Below, one piece after another: positions 39,401 to 47,356 of a stretch of DNA of 64,000 bases (the stretch's first letter is position 1; every line of letters starts with the position of its first letter). The notes below the pieces were generated by a model. It saw nothing but the letters and a program-made list of their open reading frames with translations, did no database searches and was not told the DNA's origin. The stretch covers positions 128,001-192,000 of the forward strand of contig NZ_JAQNDL010000004.1 of the NCBI RefSeq assembly GCF_028368995.1, in the 5' to 3' direction. The stretch comes from Nannocystis bainbridge. Lineage in GTDB: Bacteria > Myxococcota_A > Polyangia > Nannocystales > Nannocystaceae. The translations under genes and the position numbers were made by a program.

Positions 39401-41663
39401 CGCGCGGGCCGGCGAGCCGATCACGATCCGGTTCGGGTCGGGGGCCAAGAAGGGCGGGTTCGACGTGACCGCCCACGCGCTGGCCGAGGTGGTGCGCGGC
39501 GAGGGGCGAGTGACGATCGCGCCGGAGTCGACGCGGGGCTCGTGCGAGAACGTGCACAAGCTGCTGTCGGGCGAGCTCGACGCGGCGCTGGTGCAGTACG
39601 ACGTGGCGGCCGAGGCGTTCAAGGCCGGGCAGGCCGACGCGGCGGCGGTCGACAGCAAGACGCCGCGCGGCGGGTGGATGTGCAAGCTGTCGCCCGAGGA
39701 GGCCGACAAGGCGGAGCTGCGGGTGATCGCGGCGGTGTCCGACGCGGCGGTGCACGTGCTGGTGCGCCGGCCGGTGCGCCTCGACGAGTTCACCGACATC
39801 GGCCGCGAGCCGCTGTTCATGGGCAAGGACGGGTCGGGCAGCTACGAGACGGCGAAGGTGATCCTCGGCGCGGCCGGGCACACGGCGGAGCATCTGCCGC
39901 TGTTCATGGGCACCGCCGACGAGGCGCTGGCGGCGATGAGCCGGCGCGAGCTGCTGACGATGCTGCGGACCACCGAGCCCGGGCACGCGGAGATCGGCGC
40001 GGTGCTGGCGTCGGGCCTGGCGACCCTGAACCCGCTGCCGGAGGAGGTGCTGAACCGGCTGATCGACGGCTATCCGTATTACCGGATCTGCCCGATCGAG
40101 CCCGGGACCTACGCGGGGCTCGAGTTCAGCATCCCGACGGTGTGCGTGAGCTCGGTGGTGCTGGTGGCGACGCCGCGCCAGCGGCTGGACGACGAGGGCT
40201 TTTTGGCCGACCGCCGGCTCGCGGTCGAGGCGATGATCGTCGGGCTGCAGAAGCTGGCGCGCGAGGAGCAGCACGCGAGCCTCGGGGTCCGCGTCGAGTG
40301 GCGCGGGTTCGCCGAGCGCGAGCCGATCCCGCTGCACCCGGTGGCGGAGGTGCACGAGACCCGCGAGCGGCGGACGGCGTGGCTGCAGGCAGGGGCGGCC
40401 GCGGCGGCGCTGGCGGTGGTGCTGCACCTGGTGCGCCGGGCGCTGCGGCGGCGGCGGGTCCCGGGGGCCGGGATCGAGACCCAGCTGTCGAACCCGCTGG
40501 TGCCGTTCGCGGCGTTCGCGTGCGTGGTGACGCTCTCGACGTTCATCGTCTGGTCTTTGGAACATGACTCGAACGCCAGGTTGCGGACGCTGAACGACTC
40601 GTTCTGGGAGATGAACACGTTCGCCACCGGCAACTTCACCACCGAGACGCTGAAGACGCCGACGGCGCGGGTGGTCGGGGCGGCGGCGACGATCCTCGGG
40701 CTGGGGCTGCTGGCGTGGTTCACGGCGACGCTCACCAACATCTTCGCGCAGGAGCAGACGCGGCTGTGGCGGCGGCTGAACCGGCACCTGGTGGTGCTGA
40801 ACTTCCGCGAGGACATGCTGCCGCTGATCCGGCTGCTGCGCAGCCCGGGGCCGACGCGCCACCGGCCGCTGCACGTGGTGGTGTCCGACGCGCTGCCGCG
40901 GCGCGTGCGGCTGCAGCTGGCGCGGGTCAAGGCGCTGACGATCCACAACGCCAACCCCGAGGTGCCGGAGGACCTGGCGGGGCTGCGGCTGCCGCGGGCG
41001 TCGCGGGTGATCGTGCTCGGCGACGGCGAGGCGGCGGGGGCCAGCTACGATCCGCTGCGGATCGCCCGCGCGGTCCATCAGGCGTGCGCGCGCGACCCGA
41101 TCGGCGGCGGGCAACGGGCGCGGCCGCTCGGGGTGGCGGCGACTTCGGTCGAGATCGCCCGGACCGCGCCGGCGCTGCCGGTGACGCTGGTCGAGACGTC
41201 GGAGGGCGAGCGCGACGAGGTGTTCTCGCCGTTCGCGGCCTGGCTGGTGCCGGTCGACTGCCAGACGCTGGCGCACCGCTGGCTGGTGATGGCCTGCCGC
41301 GACCGCGCGTTCGCGGAGCTGTTCAACCGGGTGGTCGCGTTCGCCGACGACAACGCCGAGGTCTACACGGCGACGGCTCCGACCTGGCTCATCGGACAGC
41401 CGTGGCGATCGGTCCGCCGCGCGCTGCTCGAGGTCCAGGGGCGCGGGGGCGCGGTGCCCCTGGGGCTGTATCGCACCGCCGATCCGGGCGGCAAGACGCC
41501 GGTGGGCGGGACCTCGCACGCGGAGCTGCGGCGGCGGCTGATCGTCAATCCGCGGCCGGACGAGCCGGTGGCGCCGGGCGACCTGATCGTCGCGCTGTGC
41601 GAGGATGAGGCGGACCTGGTGCGCATCGTCGCCGAGAGCCGCAAGGCCGTGCCGATCGGCTGA
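39339..41663 (+). CDS. TAXI-type solute-binding domain fused to a 2-TM ion-channel pore and tandem RCK domains
   Basis: Signal MSVRTWLIGPVLLGMFLQTGAARA. TAXI-like blocks (ITIRFGSGAKKGGFDVTAHALAEVV...SCENVHKLLSGELDAALVQYDVAAEA...FMGKDGSGSYETAKVILGAAG), then TM1, pore helix plus filter FWEMNTFATGNFTTE, then TM2, then two RCK-like domains (HLVVLNFRED..., RVIVLGDGEAAG...). Confidence 0.6.
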   Translation: MSVRTWLIGPVLLGMFLQTGAARAGEPITIRFGSGAKKGGFDVTAHALAEVVRGEGRVTIAPESTRGSCENVHKLLSGELDAALVQYDVAAEAFKAGQADAAAVDSKTPRGGWMCKLSPEEADKAELRVIAAVSDAAVHVLVRRPVRLDEFTDIGREPLFMGKDGSGSYETAKVILGAAGHTAEHLPLFMGTADEALAAMSRRELLTMLRTTEPGHAEIGAVLASGLATLNPLPEEVLNRLIDGYPYYRICPIEPGTYAGLEFSIPTVCVSSVVLVATPRQRLDDEGFLADRRLAVEAMIVGLQKLAREEQHASLGVRVEWRGFAEREPIPLHPVAEVHETRERRTAWLQAGAAAAALAVVLHLVRRALRRRRVPGAGIETQLSNPLVPFAAFACVVTLSTFIVWSLEHDSNARLRTLNDSFWEMNTFATGNFTTETLKTPTARVVGAAATILGLGLLAWFTATLTNIFAQEQTRLWRRLNRHLVVLNFREDMLPLIRLLRSPGPTRHRPLHVVVSDALPRRVRLQLARVKALTIHNANPEVPEDLAGLRLPRASRVIVLGDGEAAGASYDPLRIARAVHQACARDPIGGGQRARPLGVAATSVEIARTAPALPVTLVETSEGERDEVFSPFAAWLVPVDCQTLAHRWLVMACRDRAFAELFNRVVAFADDNAEVYTATAPTWLIGQPWRSVRRALLEVQGRGGAVPLGLYRTADPGGKTPVGGTSHAELRRRLIVNPRPDEPVAPGDLIVALCEDEADLVRIVAESRKAVPIG

Positions 41664-41775
41664 CGCGGCCGCGCGCAGCGAGGACGCGGCCGCGCCCGCG
41701 AGGGGCTCGATTGTGGCTTCAAAGCCACGGCCGGCCCGGTTGACGGCGAGGGGCGGTGAATCGTATTCGGGCGAG

Positions 41776-42927
41776 ATGCGGTCCCGTCGTGTCGTCCTCG
41801 CGTTGTCTTCCGCGCTCGTCGCCGGCTGTTATGCGGGTGGAGCGCAGATGACCGAAAGTACAGGTGAGACCGGGACCGCGAGCGAGGCGACGACGGGCGG
41901 TCCGGGCGAGACGACGGTCGAGCCCGCGACCGGGGACACGGGCGCGCCGACGACGGCGGCGACGACGACGACGACCGGGGTGGGGCCGACGAGCACGGAG
42001 CCGGCGGGGCCGACCAGCACCGGGCCGGACGCGACGACCGCGGAGCCGGAGACGACGCTGGGGCCGGAGACGACCGACGCGACCACGAGCGAGACCACGA
42101 CCGGGGCGCCGATCGACCCGGTGGCGGAGGTGTGCGCGCGCTGGACGGCGGACCGTTCGGACATGTCCGAAGGGACATGGAGCGGGGCGGTCGCGGGCTG
42201 TCAGGCGGGCGACACCGGGGCGCCGGGCCGCGACAACGCGCTGCGGCTGATCAACCTCTATCGCTGGCTGGCCGGGCAGCCGGCGGTCGGGCACGACGCG
42301 GGCCTCAACGCCAAGGCGCAGCAGTGCGCGCTGATGATGCAGGCCAACGGGCAGCTGTCGCACAGCCCGGGCATGGGCTGGGACTGTTACACGGCCGACG
42401 GGGCGCAGGCGGCGATGAACAGCAACATCTCGTCGACGCCGGGGGTGGTCGCGGTCGACCTCTACATGGTCGACCCCGGCAACGCGACGACGTTCGGCCA
42501 CCGGCGCTGGATCCTCTCGAACAAGCTCGGTCCGGTCGGGCTCGGCTCGTCGGCGGTCAACTCGTGTATGTGGGTGATCGGCGGGCAGGGCGGCGGCGAT
42601 GCGGCGTGGACGGCCTGGCCGCCGCCCGGGGTGGTGCCGATCGAGGCGCTCCACGTGCCCGAGGTGCCGTGGGCCAACGTCGACGAGACGGGCTGGACGA
42701 TCCAGAGCGACAGCCTCGACCTCGGCGGGGCGCAGGTCTCGATCACCGAGAGCGGGATCGAGATGCCGGTCAAGCTGACGCCCCTGATGGGCGGGTTCGG
42801 CTCGGCCAGCGCGATCGCCATGACGCCGCAGGGGTGGGAGTCGGAGGCGGGCAAGACGTACGCGGTGCAGGTGAGCGGGGTGCCGCAGCCGTTCAGCTAC
42901 GAGGTGCAGGTGGTCGGCTGCGAGTGA
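41776..42927 (+). CDS. CAP/SCP/PR-1-domain lipoprotein with Thr/Pro-rich linker
   Basis: Lipobox LVAGC, about 100 aa of T/G/P/E repeats, then a CAP domain (GHRRWILSNKLGPVGLG, NSCMW). An in-frame GGACATGTCC pair sits at 42151-42180 (RSDMSEGTWSG). Confidence 0.7.
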   Translation: MRSRRVVLALSSALVAGCYAGGAQMTESTGETGTASEATTGGPGETTVEPATGDTGAPTTAATTTTTGVGPTSTEPAGPTSTGPDATTAEPETTLGPETTDATTSETTTGAPIDPVAEVCARWTADRSDMSEGTWSGAVAGCQAGDTGAPGRDNALRLINLYRWLAGQPAVGHDAGLNAKAQQCALMMQANGQLSHSPGMGWDCYTADGAQAAMNSNISSTPGVVAVDLYMVDPGNATTFGHRRWILSNKLGPVGLGSSAVNSCMWVIGGQGGGDAAWTAWPPPGVVPIEALHVPEVPWANVDETGWTIQSDSLDLGGAQVSITESGIEMPVKLTPLMGGFGSASAIAMTPQGWESEAGKTYAVQVSGVPQPFSYEVQVVGCE

Positions 42928-42979
42928 GGGGTGGTCACGCGCCGGCGTGGACGCGGCGCGTCGCCGCGCGGAGGTATCT

Positions 42980-43033
42980 CGGGACATGCTCTCCAGGACA
43001 TGCTCGGACGGGCATGTCCTATTGAGCATGTGC
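42980..43033. repeat. GGACATGCTC/GGCATGTCC tandem array between convergent genes
   Basis: gggacatgctctccaggacatgctcggacgggcatgtcctattgagcatgtgcg. Confidence 0.8.
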
Positions 43034-43035
43034 GA

Positions 43036-43497
43036 TCAGCCAGCCGAGGTCGCGCGGCTGAGGCGGACCTCGACGGCGTGGTCTTCGCGGCCGGAGGGGA
43101 AGATGTTGGTCGCCTCGATCACCAGCAGGTCGCCGTCGCGGCGGAAGGTGGTGCGCCAGCCCCAGGTCTCCGGGCCGGCGCGGTAGCTGCCGCGGACCGC
43201 GATGTCGGGGCCGGCGGGCCCGGTCGACCACAGCGCGGAGGCGCCGGTGTGGAAGCTGTCGATCCAGTACATGGTGTGCTCGTGGTCATCGAGGCCGAGG
43301 GTCATCTCGCCGTGGTGCGGCTTGCCCATGCAGGTGCCGTCGTAGCGGAGGCGCGTGTAGCGGCCGTCCAGCAGCGGCTCGATCTCGACGCGCCAGGTGC
43401 TCTCGTCGGGCGCGCCCGAGGGGTCGAGCCAGGTGCGTGCGGGGCCGGTCCATGAGCCTGTGAGTTCGCTGAGGGGGTGCGCCATGGCGGGTGTCAT
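43036..43497 (-). CDS. hypothetical protein (DUF1579-like lipocalin-type fold)
   Basis: 153-aa ORF with a beta-rich pattern; no signal peptide. Confidence 0.45.
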   Translation of the reverse strand: MTPAMAHPLSELTGSWTGPARTWLDPSGAPDESTWRVEIEPLLDGRYTRLRYDGTCMGKPHHGEMTLGLDDHEHTMYWIDSFHTGASALWSTGPAGPDIAVRGSYRAGPETWGWRTTFRRDGDLLVIEATNIFPSGREDHAVEVRLSRATSAG

Positions 43498-43556
43498 AGG
43501 TCATCGGCGGCGAGCGGTCCACCGGTGACGGGCGCGGCGGGTGCTACAGTGCGGCG

Positions 43557-44684
43557 ATGCGAGCGGTCCGCGGGGCGGTCTTGGTGGGGCTCGGGCTCGC
43601 GGCGTGTTCGGCGGCGACGAACGCGGGTGGCGGCAGCGAGGCCACGACGTCGAGTGGTTCGGGCGAGAGCGGCGGGCCGGGCAGCACGGGCAGCACGGGC
43701 GGCACGAGCGGCGGGACGACGGCCGCGCCGACGACGACGACGGCGATGCCTGCGCCGGATCTCGGGGTGATGAACGACTGTCGCCACGACAGCCCCGAGG
43801 CGTTGATGGATTGCATCGATCCGGGGCGGTGGGCGGAGGAGGTCGCCTTCATCGCCGCGTCGCGGCCGCCCGGGTCGCCGCACTGGCACAAGGTGCAGGA
43901 CCGTTGCGCGGCGCGGCTCGAGCAGGCGGGCTTCGTGGTGCAGCGGCAGGACTACGGCTCCGGGGTCAACGTGATCGGCACGCGCGAGGGGGTGACCGAT
44001 CCGGGCGAGGTGGTGTTGCTGGCGGCCCACTACGATCACATCAGCGGGTGCCCCGGCGCCGACGACAACGCGAGCGGGGTGGCGGGGGCGCTCGAGGTGG
44101 CGCGCGTGCTCGGGCAGGCGTCGCTGCCGCGCACGCTGGTGGTGGCGTGCTGGGACGAGGAGGAGCTCGGGCTGCGGGGCTCGCGGGCGTTCGCGCAGAC
44201 GTTCACGGGGGCGAAGCTGGCGGTGGCGTTCAACTTCGACATGATCGGCTACGCGAGCGCGGCGGAGCAATCGCAGGTGTTCCCGGGGCCGCTGGCGGAG
44301 CGCTTCCCCGGGCTGGCGGACGAGCTGGCGGCCAACAAGGGGCGCGGCGACTTCATCGCGGTGGTGGCCGACGCGTCGGCCGAGCCGTTCGCGCTCGAGC
44401 TCGAGGCGCAGGCGGAGGCGCTGGGCCGGCTGACGGGGGTGATGACGCTGACGGCGGTCGAGAAGCTCGACGACGACGCGTTCGGGGTGCTGAGCATGTC
44501 GGACCACCGCAGCTTCTGGGAGCTCGGTCTGCCGGCGCTGCACGTGTTCGACACCGGGCTGTTCCGCAACCCGACGTATCACTGCACGCTCGGGCTCGAC
44601 ACGGCCGACACGCTCGATCACGCGTTCGCCACCGATGTGCTCAAGGCGACGGCGGCGGCGGTGGCGGCCGCGGCGGGGCTGTAG
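43557..44684 (+). CDS. M28-family aminopeptidase lipoprotein
   Basis: Lipobox GLAAC, Gly/Ser/Thr linker, then AAHYDHISGCPGADDNASGVAGALEVAR, CWDEEELGLRGS and NFDMIG zinc-ligand blocks. Confidence 0.8.
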   Translation: MRAVRGAVLVGLGLAACSAATNAGGGSEATTSSGSGESGGPGSTGSTGGTSGGTTAAPTTTTAMPAPDLGVMNDCRHDSPEALMDCIDPGRWAEEVAFIAASRPPGSPHWHKVQDRCAARLEQAGFVVQRQDYGSGVNVIGTREGVTDPGEVVLLAAHYDHISGCPGADDNASGVAGALEVARVLGQASLPRTLVVACWDEEELGLRGSRAFAQTFTGAKLAVAFNFDMIGYASAAEQSQVFPGPLAERFPGLADELAANKGRGDFIAVVADASAEPFALELEAQAEALGRLTGVMTLTAVEKLDDDAFGVLSMSDHRSFWELGLPALHVFDTGLFRNPTYHCTLGLDTADTLDHAFATDVLKATAAAVAAAAGL

Positions 44685-44696
44685 CGGCGGTTTTCA

Positions 44697-44727
44697 GGAG
44701 GATATGTCCCGAGGGACATGTGCCGCG
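44697..44727. repeat. GATATGTCCcgaGGGACATGTG repeat pair between convergent genes
   Basis: ggaggatatgtcccgagggacatgtgccgcg. Confidence 0.75.
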
Positions 44728-44729
44728 CG

Positions 44730-45695
44730 TCAGCTCCACTGCAGGTCGAGCACGAAGCGCCGCCACTCGCGCTCGAAGCGGGGCATGTCGCGGTGGCCGA
44801 GGATCTTCTGCAGGGTGGTGTAGCCGCCGGGATCGAGGTCGGCGCCGGCGACGAAGGCGTGATAATAATCGCGCAGGCGATCCTGCTCCTGCAAATAATA
44901 GCAGAGGTAGCGCGCCTGGGCGTAGTTGAGGCCGGAGCGGGCGCCGTAGAATTCGTCGGAGTCGGTGGCGCACAGCTCGGCGAACGAGCGCAGGCGCCGG
45001 GCGCGGATGGCGGCCTGCAGGCCCGGGAGGCGCCAATTGGGGTAGCCGACGATCCGGCCGGCGTGCTCGCCACATTGCTCGTAGAGCGAGGCCAGGCCCT
45101 CATTGAACCACGCCGGACAGGCGGGGAAGTTGCTGGCCATGAACGGGTGGACGATCTCGTGGACGAGGGTGCCGCCGCCGGTGCCGATGTTCATGATCAG
45201 GGCGGCGTGGCGCGGCGAGTAATAGCCGTAGGGCGTGTCGGGCTCCTCGCCGAAGATCTCCTGGGTGTTGCGGCCGTAGCTCAGGCGATCGGCGAACAAA
45301 TAGACGTCGATGATGCGCGCGGGATCGCGGGCGAAGTAGTCCTGCCGCAGCCGCAGCACCGACCAGTGGATCGTGCGATCGGCCCGGCGCTGGACGTCGG
45401 CGGCCGGCTCGTCGCCGAGGATGACGAACGGCGGCTCGACGAGGACGGTGAAGCCGCGATCGGCGTGGCGCTGGCGCAGCGCGTCGGCGCGGGCGTCGAG
45501 GGCGGCGCGGGGGATGCGAGCGGCGGCGAGCTCGGAAGCTGCGACCGGCGGGGGTGGCGGTCCGGGCGAGGGCAGGTCGGGCTCGGGCTCGAGCGAGAGG
45601 CGCGGGGCAGGACGGGGCGGCGCGGAGGCGGGGCGATCGCCGCAGGCCCACATTCCGGCGGCGGCGAGCCCGAGGGCGAATTCTCGGCGGTGCAT
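44730..45695 (-). CDS. putative zinc metalloprotease (HExxH) lipoprotein
   Basis: Signal MHRREFALGLAAAGMWACG; HEIVHPF HExxH motif with a downstream NEGLASLYE (candidate third ligand region). The 660-aa track ORF is longer than the real gene. Confidence 0.55.
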   Translation of the reverse strand: MHRREFALGLAAAGMWACGDRPASAPPRPAPRLSLEPEPDLPSPGPPPPPVAASELAAARIPRAALDARADALRQRHADRGFTVLVEPPFVILGDEPAADVQRRADRTIHWSVLRLRQDYFARDPARIIDVYLFADRLSYGRNTQEIFGEEPDTPYGYYSPRHAALIMNIGTGGGTLVHEIVHPFMASNFPACPAWFNEGLASLYEQCGEHAGRIVGYPNWRLPGLQAAIRARRLRSFAELCATDSDEFYGARSGLNYAQARYLCYYLQEQDRLRDYYHAFVAGADLDPGGYTTLQKILGHRDMPRFEREWRRFVLDLQWS

Positions 45696-45821
45696 GCAGC
45701 GGTGGAGACGCGCGTGGGCCGGGGACGGGTCTGGCGTGCGTGCTGGCTCGCGGCGGGAGCGTAGAGCCTGGTGTGGGTGCCGGCTTGCGGCGCGGGGGCG
45801 GGTAGTCCATGGTCGCCGCCC

Positions 45822-46667
45822 ATGGCCCGCAAGCCGCTTCGCCGCCTCGTGGTCGACGGTCGACTGTACCTGTACTCGATGGGGTGGACCTACGACCTCG
45901 ACGGCGAGCGCGTGGTCGCGGTGGCGCTCTATCACGCGGAGACCGGGCAGGAGAACCGTCCGCGCGGTCAGCCGATGCGGGCCAAGTTCCTCACGCGCGA
46001 GGCGGCGGTGGTCGACACCTCGATCGCGTTTCCGGCCGACGCCCGCGCCGTGCTCGAGCGGGCGCTGACCCTCGGCTGGGACGGTCGGCGCGAGGGCTGG
46101 CTGCTGCCGGCGAGCGGGCTGGAGCGGCCGGGGCTGGTGCTCAGCGGGCCGACGCGGCTGCGCGAGTGGGCGGCGGGAAAGCCGGCCTATGTGCTCCACT
46201 TCGAGGACACGACGCTGGCGGAGCGCATCGCGGGCGACCTCGGGATCCCGGCGGTGCCCGCCGCGCGCGGGGCCGCCGAGGCGCAGTGGCGCGACGAGAC
46301 GCGCTATGTGCTGCGCTCGCGGTGGGGCCGACTGGTGCACGTGTACACGCGCAGCGTCGCCGAGCTGGTGGCGGCGCTGGCCGCCGTGGCGCGCCGGGCC
46401 CCGCGGCTCGGCGGGTCGGTGGCGGGGCTGGCGAGCGTCACGCCCGAGGCGGCCGGCGAGGTCGTTCCGCCCGAACACTGGGCGACGCAGCCGGAGGCGC
46501 GCCAGTTCCCGGGGGTTCGTGAGCGGGACGTGGTGTGGACATACGCCGGACCCGACGGCCCGCGCGTCGAGGCCTACGAGTACCACCCGGACGCGCCGGA
46601 GCATCTGTGGCGCTGGACCAGCCTGCACGAGGGCGGATCGGTCGAGCGCCGGTTCCCGCGCGCGTGA
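45822..46667 (+). CDS. hypothetical protein
   Basis: 281-aa ORF from ATG 45822 (MARKPLRRLVVDGRLYLYSMGWTYDLDGERVVAVALYHAET...), convergent with the methyltransferase-family gene. Confidence 0.4.
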   Translation: MARKPLRRLVVDGRLYLYSMGWTYDLDGERVVAVALYHAETGQENRPRGQPMRAKFLTREAAVVDTSIAFPADARAVLERALTLGWDGRREGWLLPASGLERPGLVLSGPTRLREWAAGKPAYVLHFEDTTLAERIAGDLGIPAVPAARGAAEAQWRDETRYVLRSRWGRLVHVYTRSVAELVAALAAVARRAPRLGGSVAGLASVTPEAAGEVVPPEHWATQPEARQFPGVRERDVVWTYAGPDGPRVEAYEYHPDAPEHLWRWTSLHEGGSVERRFPRA

Positions 46668-46677
46668 ACCGGGCCGG

Positions 46678-47214
46678 CTAACGGCGCGGCCACCAGCAGG
46701 GCACGGAGTCACGGTAGCGCGCGTAGGGCTCGCCGAATCGGGCGTGTAGATCGCGCTCCTCGATCGGGCGGACGAAGCGGTCCCAGAGCACGCCGCCGGT
46801 GATCGCGTAGAGCATGGTGAAGCTCGAGCCGAGGTAGAGGCCGATGGCGAACGCCGCGCCGAGGCCCCCGATCGCCATCGGGTTGCGCACGCGGCGATAG
46901 GGGCCGACGACGACGAGCGCGTTGGCCATGTCGAGCGGGAGCGGGGTGCCGCGGCCGTGGCGGGCCATGGCGAGGCCGCTCGCCAGGTTGAGGGCGGCGA
47001 ACGCCGCGAACAGCACGAGGGCCGCCGCGGTCTGCCCGGGGAGCTGCCAGGGGCTCATGCCCAGCGCGCGCTCGAGCTGGACCAGCAGCCACGGGCCCGC
47101 GACGAGGAAGACGAGCCAGAAGACCGCGGTCTGGCAGGCGGTCTTGGTGAGGTTCCAGGCGGCGCTCGCGGGTCGGGCGCTGCGGAAGGCAGGGTGTCGG
47201 GACGGCGCGCCCAC
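46678..47214 (-). CDS. ICMT/PEMT-like membrane methyltransferase family protein
   Basis: C-terminal VVVGPYRRVRNPMAIGGL...GGVLWDRFVRPIEERDLHARFGEPYARYRDSVP matches the RHPxY-hydrophobic-EE family signature. Start uncertain. Confidence 0.6.
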   Translation of the reverse strand: MGAPSRHPAFRSARPASAAWNLTKTACQTAVFWLVFLVAGPWLLVQLERALGMSPWQLPGQTAAALVLFAAFAALNLASGLAMARHGRGTPLPLDMANALVVVGPYRRVRNPMAIGGLGAAFAIGLYLGSSFTMLYAITGGVLWDRFVRPIEERDLHARFGEPYARYRDSVPCWWPRR

Positions 47215-47283
47215 GCGCGCACGGTCGCACGATTCGCGCGCCGCGGGAAGGTCGGGCGGGCCGCGAAATCGACCGGTCGAAAC

Positions 47284-47356
47284 GAGATGTCCCCGGGGAC
47301 AGATGATTCTGTCTCCGGGGACATGTCCTAACGTGGCTGTCCCGAGGGACAGGCCA
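47284..47356. repeat. GAGATGTCCCCGGGGACAG / GGACATGTCC array
   Basis: gagatgtccccggggacagatgattctgtctccggggacatgtcctaacgtggctgtcccgagggacaggcc; contains a near-perfect 12-bp inverted repeat ccggggacag...ctgtctccgggg. Confidence 0.85.
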
